A DNA stretch of 64,000 bases from Sedimentisphaeraceae bacterium JB056 (GTDB taxonomy: Bacteria > Planctomycetota > Phycisphaerae > Sedimentisphaerales > Sedimentisphaeraceae): contig JBITAJ010000017.1 in NCBI GenBank assembly GCA_044440125.1, positions 32,001 to 96,000 of the forward strand. The letters run 5' to 3'. This document shows positions 1-8,308 of this stretch, one piece after another. The position numbers and the translations under genes were made by a program. Each line of letters starts with the position of its first letter. Positions within the stretch are counted from its first letter, which is position 1. Below the pieces are notes generated by a model, which did no database searches, was not told the DNA's origin, and was given only the letters and a program-made list of their open reading frames with translations.

Positions 1-454
1 TCAGTTGGGCTTGTTTACGTATTTTGATTTCATCACGCAGTTCGTCATTGAGTTTGTCGAGTTCGTGTTTTTTTTCTTCGTATTCCTCCAGCGTTTTTTC
101 GAGACGGCTTGCCATCGCGTTGAAGGAGCTGGCAAATTCACCCATAAACTCCACTCGATGCGAGAAGTCGCCTTCTGCGACTTTTGATGTTTGCCATATC
201 ATATTTCGCAGGTTTGCCTGCAGTGTTTTGATTGTTCCGCCGGTGAAGCCTTTGAGCGGGATTGTTGCATCCAAATTGCCGTGGGAGATTGTGTATAGAG
301 ACTTTCGCAGAGATGTTATGTAGTCATACAATCTCTTTGCTGATTCGTTTTCAGATAGATGTTGCGGCAGTTCAGGAGGGGCATTGCTGGTAAGGGCTTG
401 AAGCATGAAGTCTGCCAAGTCTGTTGATGTTTGTTCTTTTCTCTTACCAGTCAT
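1..454 (-). CDS. HAMP-domain signal-transduction protein (diguanylate cyclase or histidine kinase), N-terminal part; runs off the window edge
   Basis: Not in the ORF track. Manual translation from ATG at 454 is open to the edge: MTGKRKEQ...LQANLRNMIWQTSKVAEGDFSHRVEFMGEFASSFNAMASRLE (HAMP-like), then a coiled coil; lies directly downstream of the V4R gene. Confidence 0.75.
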   Translation of the reverse strand, partial: MTGKRKEQTSTDLADFMLQALTSNAPPELPQHLSENESAKRLYDYITSLRKSLYTISHGNLDATIPLKGFTGGTIKTLQANLRNMIWQTSKVAEGDFSHRVEFMGEFASSFNAMASRLEKTLEEYEEKKHELDKLNDELRDEIKIRKQAQL

Positions 455-486
455 TGTTTAAGTGCTTGATTTATACGGTTGATTGG

Positions 487-1005
487 TCATTTTGTTGTTT
501 CAGCCCTGAATCGGCAGGTTCTGTCGCCGCTGCACCAGCAGTCTACCTCTTTAACCTTGAAATTCAGTCCCGTGTAGCTTTCAAGGAGACCGGCAATGAA
601 TCCCTCATCGTATACGCAGATTTCGCTGTCAATGTTTGGAAGGCCGGAGCAGTCGACATCTTCTGATACAGTAAGCACGATGACGCCTTTTTCCATATCG
701 ATCTGCTCGATTCGCAGGACGCCTATTTTAAGGTCGACAAAGGTTTGCTGGAGCCCGCTGATGAATTCCTCAAGCTCAAGGTTTGGCTGGAATACGTTCT
801 TGTAGAATTCCGTGCCGGCAAGTTTGCCTGCATCGTAGAAAATCTTGTCGGCTTTTTCTGTGCCGAGGTCTTGCTCGAGGATGTCTCTTAGCGTGAACTG
901 CATCAGGCGATATACTTTAAGGCTGATATCCGGGCCTAAGTTAGGTCTGCCCAGAGCTATATCACCTAACAGATCCCACGAGAATTTGTATTTGGTTTCT
1001 TCCAT
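487..1005 (-). CDS. V4R (4-vinyl reductase) domain protein
   Basis: EDVDCSGLP..ICVYDEGFIAGLLE..VKEVDCWCSGDRTCRF pattern; start at MEETKY chosen (ORF track starts at 1029). Confidence 0.85.
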   Translation of the reverse strand: MEETKYKFSWDLLGDIALGRPNLGPDISLKVYRLMQFTLRDILEQDLGTEKADKIFYDAGKLAGTEFYKNVFQPNLELEEFISGLQQTFVDLKIGVLRIEQIDMEKGVIVLTVSEDVDCSGLPNIDSEICVYDEGFIAGLLESYTGLNFKVKEVDCWCSGDRTCRFRAETTK

Positions 1006-1325
1006 AATATTCCTACAACTTTTATACATTTTCTGTGCGCACCACTCTCTGAATATACTTTACACGAATTTGCTGATTTTGTCGAGTAAATTATGCTTAC
1101 GGCTTGATTAATGAATGAGCTGGATGGGTGTTTAAGGCGTGTTTTAAGGGGCATTCTGTAAACATGGCGATGCCCATGCCCATATTATTGAGACCTTTTC
1201 AGTGCGTTCTTTTAACTTTATACTAATATGATATTTATTGAATTATTCTTTGCAGCGTCTATAATTGAATTTTGTTTGAAGTTATTATGGTGTATATGAA
1301 AACAGTTCAACTCAGGAGTTTTGAT

Positions 1326-2045
1326 ATGAAGCGATTAGTCGTGTTGGGTTTTATGGCTTTTTTGGTGGTTTTATTTTTTTCAGGCTGCCGTTCTTTAGGT
1401 GGAGGCACGAAGCCGGTAAATATAAAGATGAAAAAGGCAGCAGGTAAGATGCCGGAATTGCAGCTTGGTATTGTGAGCTTTGATTCGGATAAGATGTATG
1501 CACAAAATACGACTCCATTCAAATGTGCTGAAGCTCCTTTCTCAGCAGACGACCTTTCTAATTTTAAGATATCACTTGAAAGAGGCGTTCGACAGATAAC
1601 CGGCGAAAGCAAGCCTACCGTGAATATAAATGTGGTTGTACGTGCGAATATGATCGCATACAGCAATGGTGAGGTTGCTATTTTGTCAGCCGTTGACTGG
1701 TGCTTATCGAGTGAGAGGCAGGTTCTCTTTGAGGAATCATTCTTTGCCGCCAAACATTACGGGGCACTTGCCGGTAAGACGCTTGGTGGTGCAAAAGAGG
1801 ATATCATGAAAAGGATGGTTCTGAGGATACTTAAGACATCAAAATCGCTTTCAGGCGGCAATAAGGATGTTAAACCTGTACAAGTGGATGATATATACGA
1901 TTCGTTTGCGTTCGCAGTTTCAAAACTGCCGCCGAACATTACTTTTTATATCCCCGGTTCAACTTCGGCTACCCGTTATCAGACTGATTGGACGATACTG
2001 GAAACGATGGAAGAGATTAGCTGGGACGAACTTATCGGAGGTTGA
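1326..2045 (+). CDS. hypothetical lipoprotein
   Basis: AGGAG RBS before ATG 1326; signal peptide with lipobox FFSGC. Confidence 0.7.
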   Translation: MKRLVVLGFMAFLVVLFFSGCRSLGGGTKPVNIKMKKAAGKMPELQLGIVSFDSDKMYAQNTTPFKCAEAPFSADDLSNFKISLERGVRQITGESKPTVNINVVVRANMIAYSNGEVAILSAVDWCLSSERQVLFEESFFAAKHYGALAGKTLGGAKEDIMKRMVLRILKTSKSLSGGNKDVKPVQVDDIYDSFAFAVSKLPPNITFYIPGSTSATRYQTDWTILETMEEISWDELIGG

Positions 2046-2050
2046 GACTG

Positions 2051-2479
2051 ATGCGAAAATGCTTTGTTCTTATATTTTGTCTGTGTGGTATTGTTGTGAC
2101 GGGTTGTCAGGAATCGGCGAAATCAAATGCCGCCAGTTATAATAATCCACAAGATTTTGATCCGCAGTCGATGGCGGTGGTTATGATTGATCAGGGAGTC
2201 TACCTGAAAACCGTTGACGGCAAGCTTTATGATGAGAATATTTCAATTTGGGATGCCAAATATTCGCTTCAGGAAAATCTTATTATTCCGGCAGGCGGGC
2301 ATACGCTTGGGGTTCTTGCAGAGAAGTCGTTTCATCATCTTTACGGCAAAGATGTTATCGATATAGATTTTGTCGCTGAAAATGACAGGGTTTACAGGAT
2401 AATGAAGGCGCAGAAAGACGGCAAGAAGATCATTGGAATTTATGACAAGAAAACCTTGGCAGCAGAGGCTAATAGGTAG
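2051..2479 (+). CDS. hypothetical lipoprotein
   Basis: MRKCFVLIFCLCGIVVTGC lipobox-type signal; tightly follows the previous gene. Confidence 0.65.
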   Translation: MRKCFVLIFCLCGIVVTGCQESAKSNAASYNNPQDFDPQSMAVVMIDQGVYLKTVDGKLYDENISIWDAKYSLQENLIIPAGGHTLGVLAEKSFHHLYGKDVIDIDFVAENDRVYRIMKAQKDGKKIIGIYDKKTLAAEANR

Positions 2480-2550
2480 AATTTACATCAAGCAAGCAAG
2501 TTTAAAAAATGATGTACAACGTGATGTACAATTTGTGCTGGGTACAAATA

Positions 2551-2586
2551 AAAAAAGGACTCACGATTTTCGTAAGTCCTTTTTTT
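2551..2586. terminator. bidirectional intrinsic terminator between the lipoprotein genes and tRNA-Met
   Basis: AAAAAAGGACT-CACGATTTTCGTA-AGTCCTTTTTTT hairpin with A and T tracts on either side. Confidence 0.65.
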
Positions 2587-2594
2587 CTGGTAAG

Positions 2595-2669
2595 TAGCGG
2601 GAGCTGGATTCGAACCAACGACCTCCGGGTTATGAGCCCGACGAGCTAACCAGACTGCTCTATCCCGCA
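2595..2669 (-). tRNA. tRNA-Met (CAT), initiator type; CCA not encoded
   Basis: Reverse complement TGCGGGATAGAGCAGTCTGGTTAGCTCGTCGGGCTCATAACCCGGAGGTCGTTGGTTCGAATCCAGCTCCCGCTA; CAT anticodon, three consecutive G-C pairs in the anticodon stem, unpaired 1:72. Confidence 0.97.
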
Positions 2670-2686
2670 ATCAAATTGAGGTTCGT

Positions 2687-2714
2687 ATTCTATGCTTATA
2701 TATCTTTTTGTCAA
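2687..2714 (-). promoter_or_regulatory. sigma70-type promoter of the tRNA
   Basis: Minus strand TTGACA-N16-TAGAAT just upstream of the tRNA 5' end. Confidence 0.65.
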
Positions 2715-3017
2715 GTGGAGTTATTCAAAAAAGATCAAATTTTCTGTAAAAGATTTCTTAACGGCTTTTAACGGTATTTAAGTGGTGTTTTCAGCTTGGA
2801 AATTAATGGATAAATGCCAGTTAAATATGAAATATCAATTTTGAGAGTTCGTGATGTCATGCTTTAACAGGATTTTTGAGGCAAAAAACGAAAAAAAATC
2901 GGTTTAAATGTACATAATTTGTACAATTTTGTAAGTCATTGTTTTTCGGTATTTTAAGGAATTACGTGTAAAATATTGTTTAAATTTATGTCGTATTCCA
3001 CCTTTTAAATGTTAAAA

Positions 3018-3071
3018 TGTACATGAAAATATATTGACAAATGGGCAAATGTACAGTAATGTATATATACA
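3018..3071 (+). promoter_or_regulatory. sigma70 promoter of the GntR operon overlapped by TGTACA/TGTATATATACA operator-like boxes
   Basis: TTGACA 3034-3039, N17, TAATGT 3057-3062; TGTACA at 3018 and 3050; palindrome TGTATATATACA 3060-3071. Confidence 0.55.
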
Positions 3072-3085
3072 AATAAGGAATTGTA

Positions 3086-4165
3086 ATGCAAAACACAATG
3101 ACCAAATTAGAAAAAGTAAGCAGTCAGCTTTGGGAAACAGTTCGGACTCTTCGTGAGAAGGGTGAGAATTCTCTGCCCCCCGAGATCGTTCTTTGTGATG
3201 AGTACAATGTCAGTCGTGGTACGATTCGCCGTGCGATGAATGAGCTGGTTGACAAGGGAGTGCTGAGGCGTGTTGCCGGCAAAGGTACTTTCATATGTGA
3301 GGAGAGGACCGCCGAGGCGGCAGAGTCGGGCACTATTCCAATGATTGGTCTTGCGTATGATGTTGTTGAGCTTAGTGAGTTTCGAATGATGAACATCAGG
3401 GCCATTGCCAGAGCCGCACATTCCTGCGGGCTTGGAGTAATGGTTTGCTCATTGTCTGAGGCGATGGGTCTTTTGGGAAGCTGGTTCCCGACACAGAGAG
3501 GACCGGCAAGGCTGATGGGGCTTATAAGCTGTAATTTCCCTAAAGATATGATCGAAGAGATCAAGAAGTCGCCGGTGAAGATTCCTTATGTTGCTTTGGT
3601 TAATCCTGAATATGAGAATATAGCAGATTACGCCGTTCTTCGTCTTGACGAGTTCAAAATTCTGTATGAATTCCTTTGCGAGAAAGGGCACAGGAGGTTT
3701 TGCTTCCTTGAGGATGTTATCACTACCGAAAGCATCAACAGGACAAATCAGGCTATCGACCATATTAATGATATGGGTTATGAGATATCCGTTATTACCA
3801 AGGAGTTTTTCTCAGACAGAATGCGTGCTGCAGAAGAGGTCGATCATGTGTTGTCGCTGCCGGAGGAAGAGCGGCCTACCGTAATAATATGTTACGATGA
3901 TAAGCTTGCGGCATGGGTAATAAGACATCTTACTAAAAATGGTATAAGAGTACCTGAAGATATTTCCGTGATAGGACGTGGTAATCTTGATATCGCGGCA
4001 TGTACGACTCCGGCAATTACAAGTCTTTGCATTTTCTATGATGATCTTGCGAAGAAGGCCATGGAGCTGTTTCTTGCCCAACTTTCCGGTGAGGATATAG
4101 ACGAGCCTATAAAGAAGGTAGGTTACAGGATAATTGAAAGAGAATCTGTTGCTGATATAAATTGA
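3086..4165 (+). CDS. GntR-family regulator with LacI-type sugar-binding domain (AraR-like architecture)
   Basis: LPPE..LCDEYNVSRGTIRRAMNELV..GKGTF wHTH; C-terminal PTVIICYDD..GIRVPEDISVIG..PAITS periplasmic-binding fold. Confidence 0.9.
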   Translation: MQNTMTKLEKVSSQLWETVRTLREKGENSLPPEIVLCDEYNVSRGTIRRAMNELVDKGVLRRVAGKGTFICEERTAEAAESGTIPMIGLAYDVVELSEFRMMNIRAIARAAHSCGLGVMVCSLSEAMGLLGSWFPTQRGPARLMGLISCNFPKDMIEEIKKSPVKIPYVALVNPEYENIADYAVLRLDEFKILYEFLCEKGHRRFCFLEDVITTESINRTNQAIDHINDMGYEISVITKEFFSDRMRAAEEVDHVLSLPEEERPTVIICYDDKLAAWVIRHLTKNGIRVPEDISVIGRGNLDIAACTTPAITSLCIFYDDLAKKAMELFLAQLSGEDIDEPIKKVGYRIIERESVADIN

Positions 4166-4323
4166 CGCTGTTTTCTGTGTTGTGTTTTCTCGCCGTATAT
4201 TATTAAAATTTCTATCTAACAAGACTTAAATGTCTGATAAATAAAACAAGATAAGATATTTGCTGATTATTGTTTACCGTTTTTTATGAGACGGTTTTAA
4301 AAATTTTTATAGGAGATAATGAT

Positions 4324-5103
4324 ATGAGAAACTTTCTGTTGTTGATGACCGTTTTAGTTTCAGTATTTTCGGTCGTTCCGAATCTTCATGCTGACGCTTA
4401 TTTAGTTGATAGTAATACTCTTAAATGGGGTATTGGTCCAGATCCTGACAATCAGCCTGATGGACAATTGTGGTACACTTTCAGTGACTGGGATTGGTAT
4501 GAAGGCAGCCTGGCACTTGATTCAGCATGGCCGGGAGATCCTAATACTCAGCCATGGCCATCTACTTTTGAAGCTCCCACATACGGTATGCAAATTCGTG
4601 CAGATGCTACGATTGACGGTTCCCTGGTTCAGCCTACAGGATATGTTTTCGATTTGTCTTCTGCCGGTATAACAGGCAAGGTTATTTCAAGTATTGAAAT
4701 AATCAATGCTTTCTGGAATTTCCCTTCTGGAGCAAATGCGGCAGTAGCAGCTACGTTTTACGATGAAGATGACAACAGAGTTTATCAGGAGAATCCGGCT
4801 TTGATGTCTGCCGGATGGTGGCAGGGTACTGTTGTTGATTTTTCCGAAAATCCTACTAAAACAGTTCGTTTTTCATTAGATCCTTACGCTTCTTCATGGG
4901 TTTGGAGCGGTAATTATATGTATATAGAGCAGTTGGTAATCAATCTCATAGATGAAGCTGACGCTAATTGCGGTACAAAATATAATCCGTATCCTTTAGC
5001 TGATATAGATGGTGATTGCATCGTTGATTCTGCCGATGTCGCTAAGATAGCCGAGTACTGGCTTGGATGCAACGATCCTGCTGATGCGGCTTGTGTACAG
5101 TAA
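4324..5103 (+). CDS. secreted Trp-rich protein with C-terminal dockerin-like repeat
   Basis: AGGAG RBS; Sec signal; C-terminal DIDGDCIVDSADVAKIAEYWL. Confidence 0.75.
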   Translation: MRNFLLLMTVLVSVFSVVPNLHADAYLVDSNTLKWGIGPDPDNQPDGQLWYTFSDWDWYEGSLALDSAWPGDPNTQPWPSTFEAPTYGMQIRADATIDGSLVQPTGYVFDLSSAGITGKVISSIEIINAFWNFPSGANAAVAATFYDEDDNRVYQENPALMSAGWWQGTVVDFSENPTKTVRFSLDPYASSWVWSGNYMYIEQLVINLIDEADANCGTKYNPYPLADIDGDCIVDSADVAKIAEYWLGCNDPADAACVQ

Positions 5104-5140
5104 TTTTTTATATTACAGAATAATCTATAGGAGATATGAA

Positions 5141-7213
5141 ATGAAATCATTTAAAATGATATATTTGCTTGCGGCAATTATTTTGGCGGTACTTACTCCT
5201 TCCATGGTTAAGGCTGAAGTCTTTGCCGAAGCAGGCATGACCGGATGGACAACAATTGGTGATGGCAATGCTTATGATGTTAATGACGGCGGTACATTGA
5301 AGCCGTTTGAAGATCTGGTTACTTTTACATCGCCAGCAAATACAAACGATTACGGTGTTGACGGAGCTACATGGGGCTGGGATGCCTTCCAGATAAAGGC
5401 TATTTACTGTCAGCCGGGTTCCGGTGCTTATGTTGGTTACCGTTATGAAGCTCCGGCAGGAAAGATCATTACAGAAGTTAATATACCTAAGATATATACT
5501 AATGTATCAAATATCATGCACCTCCAGATCGCTGATGATTCTGGTGTTGTAGCAGAACTTACTCCAGCCGGTACAACAACTCTTAACGAACTCTACGCTA
5601 CAGAGCTTAGTACATCTTCTGTTGAGATCAGATGGGTTAATTCGCATTCTTCAACAATAAATCTCTGGGCAGGTAACGGCTTTATTGTCAATACTGTTGA
5701 GGTTGTAACTGAAGATGCTCCTCTTGAAGGGGCAGAGACATTAACATTTGCAGCAGGCGGTTTTGAAGGTTGGGAGTATGTAGGCGGCGGAACAGGCTAT
5801 GATGCCGATAACGGTAATGCAGAATCACCGCTTGAGGAATTGATGACACTTGCTACGCCTTCCAATACAAATGATTACGGTGTTGACGGAGCTACATGGG
5901 GCTGGGATGTTGCGAAAATATCTCCAAATGGACATATACTTCCTAATTCCGGTGCTTATGTTGGTGTTCGTTATGAGGCACCTGCGGGTAAGATGGTTAC
6001 CGGAGTAAGGGTTCCGAAGTATTATACAAATGTCGATCTCAGTATGCATCTCAAGATATATGATGCAGATGGTGTTGAGCTGGCAGATTCAACCCGTGTT
6101 GGACTTACCGAGATGGTTACTGATCTTGCAGCGGCTGATATAAGTACATCAGCAATCGAAATACGCTGGGTTAATACTGCTGCTTCTACCATACACTTCT
6201 GGGGCACAAGTAATGGCGTGATAATAAATACAGCAGAAGTTGATATTGCCAATGATCCTGACTATCAGGCCTATAATCCTATAACTTTTGATACGACCTA
6301 TAAACCATCGCAATGGTTCGGTTACTATCATGCCTATACGGTTGTATCAGATGATCCGCTTGGCTCGACCAACTGGGGCGATGCTATTGCAGATGTTGGC
6401 GGTTATACAAATCTTAACTATGTGTTCCCTAAGCAGGGAGCTATTGATTCGGCTGTAGCAAATCATTCATACATGCTTGTAGATGTTATGTGGCAGTTGT
6501 TTGAATCAGATGGCAATGGCGGTTATCAGCTCAAGAGCAGTTACGAAAGTGCCGTTGACAGTCTTGTTACAATGTTCAATGGATATGAAGAATATATTGG
6601 AGCATTCAGTCCTATAGATGAGCCTTACCATAGAAATGTAAGTCAGTCAGACCTTGAGGCATCGATAGCTGCATTAAAGGCGGGCTTCCCGGGCATACCA
6701 ATCTATGTGAATTTTGCATATACAGAAGTTGATGCTCTTACCAGCTTAACTCTTCCTGCGGGAGCTGATTGGTTGGCCTTCGATGTATACGAAAGTGACG
6801 GACAGCCAGTTGATATTGCTGATATTCAAGGCTATGTTAACCATATTAAGAGTATCAAACTCCCTGAGCAGAAGCTGTTCCTTATTCCTCCTTCTGCAAT
6901 GAATCTTGTAGCAACATATACAGATCAGCAGCTTGCTGATTCAGTTAACGCTTTTTATAATCTTATGAGTAATGATGATGAGATTATCGGTATGATGGTA
7001 TTCCCTGCTGATGGCTGTCGTCAGGCAGAGTTTGACGGTATTGGAAGTACTATACCGCTTGCTCTTGCGGCTCAGCAAGCAATTGGCGGTCAGATTGCCG
7101 GTGAAGTTTGCGGCGATATCTGGAATGGCTTGTACAAGTTTGACTTTGATGCAGATTGCCATATTACTATGGCGGATTTCGCAGCTTATGCAGTTAAATG
7201 GATAGCTGAATAA
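5141..7213 (+). CDS. secreted modular protein: two tandem ~175-aa domains, putative TIM-barrel glycoside hydrolase-like domain, dockerin-like tail
   Basis: Signal peptide; NTNDYGVDGATWGWD occurs twice; IDEP motif; DFDADCHITMADFAAYAVKW tail. Confidence 0.7.
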   Translation: MKSFKMIYLLAAIILAVLTPSMVKAEVFAEAGMTGWTTIGDGNAYDVNDGGTLKPFEDLVTFTSPANTNDYGVDGATWGWDAFQIKAIYCQPGSGAYVGYRYEAPAGKIITEVNIPKIYTNVSNIMHLQIADDSGVVAELTPAGTTTLNELYATELSTSSVEIRWVNSHSSTINLWAGNGFIVNTVEVVTEDAPLEGAETLTFAAGGFEGWEYVGGGTGYDADNGNAESPLEELMTLATPSNTNDYGVDGATWGWDVAKISPNGHILPNSGAYVGVRYEAPAGKMVTGVRVPKYYTNVDLSMHLKIYDADGVELADSTRVGLTEMVTDLAAADISTSAIEIRWVNTAASTIHFWGTSNGVIINTAEVDIANDPDYQAYNPITFDTTYKPSQWFGYYHAYTVVSDDPLGSTNWGDAIADVGGYTNLNYVFPKQGAIDSAVANHSYMLVDVMWQLFESDGNGGYQLKSSYESAVDSLVTMFNGYEEYIGAFSPIDEPYHRNVSQSDLEASIAALKAGFPGIPIYVNFAYTEVDALTSLTLPAGADWLAFDVYESDGQPVDIADIQGYVNHIKSIKLPEQKLFLIPPSAMNLVATYTDQQLADSVNAFYNLMSNDDEIIGMMVFPADGCRQAEFDGIGSTIPLALAAQQAIGGQIAGEVCGDIWNGLYKFDFDADCHITMADFAAYAVKWIAE
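5348..5909 (+). repeat. intragenic direct repeat, 37 bp exact (5348-5384 and 5873-5909), 525-bp period
   Basis: GATTACGGTGTTGACGGAGCTACATGGGGCTGGGATG present twice in the same frame. Confidence 0.9.
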
Positions 7214-7224
7214 TGAATATAGTT

Positions 7225-7254
7225 TACCTTCCCGGCTGCAAAACCGGGAAGGTA
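7225..7254 (+). terminator. intra-operon stem-loop (terminator or mRNA-stabilising hairpin)
   Basis: TACCTTCCCGG-ctgcaaaa-CCGGGAAGGTA perfect 11-bp stem, weak U-tract. Confidence 0.6.
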
Positions 7255-7308
7255 TTAAAATGATATGAGTGATGAGACGATTAATATTTCAAGAGTATGA
7301 AAAGGTAA

Positions 7309-8169
7309 ATGATTATGTGTAAGAAAAAGGCATTTACATTGATCGAGTTGTTGGTTGTTATTTCCATAATAGCACTTTTGATGGCAATTATGATGCCTGC
7401 ATTATCCAAGACCAGAAGCATGGCAAGACGCGTTATATGCGGCAGTCATATGCACAATATGGGGCTTGCGATAGAAAACTACAAGGCCGATCAGGATGGT
7501 TATTATCCAATAGCATTCTGGGGAACTACTTCTTTCAACAGGACTATTTATACAGAGTCTCTGATTAAAGCCGGTTTAATCGAGGGAGAGGAGACTTCAG
7601 CAGGTAATAATGAATGGGTGGTAAGTGCCGGCAGTACAAGAGAAGCATATTCATGCCCTTCTTTCAGAAGATTTCTGAAGGTTCGAAGTGATGTGCTTTA
7701 TGGTTGGGACAACACCAATATTGCAGAGTATTATCCTATCGGTTATGGTTATAACTCGCATCTGTCAAGATATGATATTTGGGATGATTCAAAAAATGAA
7801 CCAGCTTCTTCTCCGGATAATCCATACATAGGGAAAACACCTAATTCCAGCACGCTTATGTTGATAGATTCTTCAGCTTTCTTCTTGAATAATCTGCCAG
7901 GTTCAAAGTTTTATCCTGTTTATGAAATATCATCAAGATTTGCAAGCAGTAACGGCTCAATTGCCGGAAGTCATACCGGCGGGGTTGCAAACTCTTTGTG
8001 GGTTGATATGCATGTTGAGCAGAGAAAAGCGGATGAATATTCTCAGAGAAGCGATTCTGATCCGGCTGACTTGACAGGAAGCAGTGTTCTTGATCACAGG
8101 GCTCATCAGTATGATGATCGCGGTTATGCAAAGAGCTCACCTAAAGGCAAGATCGCTTGTCCTGAGTAA
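7309..8169 (+). CDS. prepilin-type N-terminal cleavage/methylation domain protein (planctomycete DUF1559-like)
   Basis: [29 protein letters not shown]-terminal HTGGVANSLWVDMH (variant of H-X9-DG). Confidence 0.9.
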   Translation: MIMCKKKAFTLIELLVVISIIALLMAIMMPALSKTRSMARRVICGSHMHNMGLAIENYKADQDGYYPIAFWGTTSFNRTIYTESLIKAGLIEGEETSAGNNEWVVSAGSTREAYSCPSFRRFLKVRSDVLYGWDNTNIAEYYPIGYGYNSHLSRYDIWDDSKNEPASSPDNPYIGKTPNSSTLMLIDSSAFFLNNLPGSKFYPVYEISSRFASSNGSIAGSHTGGVANSLWVDMHVEQRKADEYSQRSDSDPADLTGSSVLDHRAHQYDDRGYAKSSPKGKIACPE

Positions 8170-8308
8170 TGATCGTGATTGTTTCTGGAGGTTTGGAGTT
8201 TTCAAAGGTATTGGCATGTCCAATTTCTACAGCTGTTTACTTGTGCGCAATTATAGTCGCATAAGATCAATATTATCAGTTTATAAAAAAATCATGAGGG
8301 TATATTGA

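Noticed and set aside
2488..2670. 60-aa minus-strand ORF
   Set aside because: It is a translation of the tRNA-Met gene and its terminator
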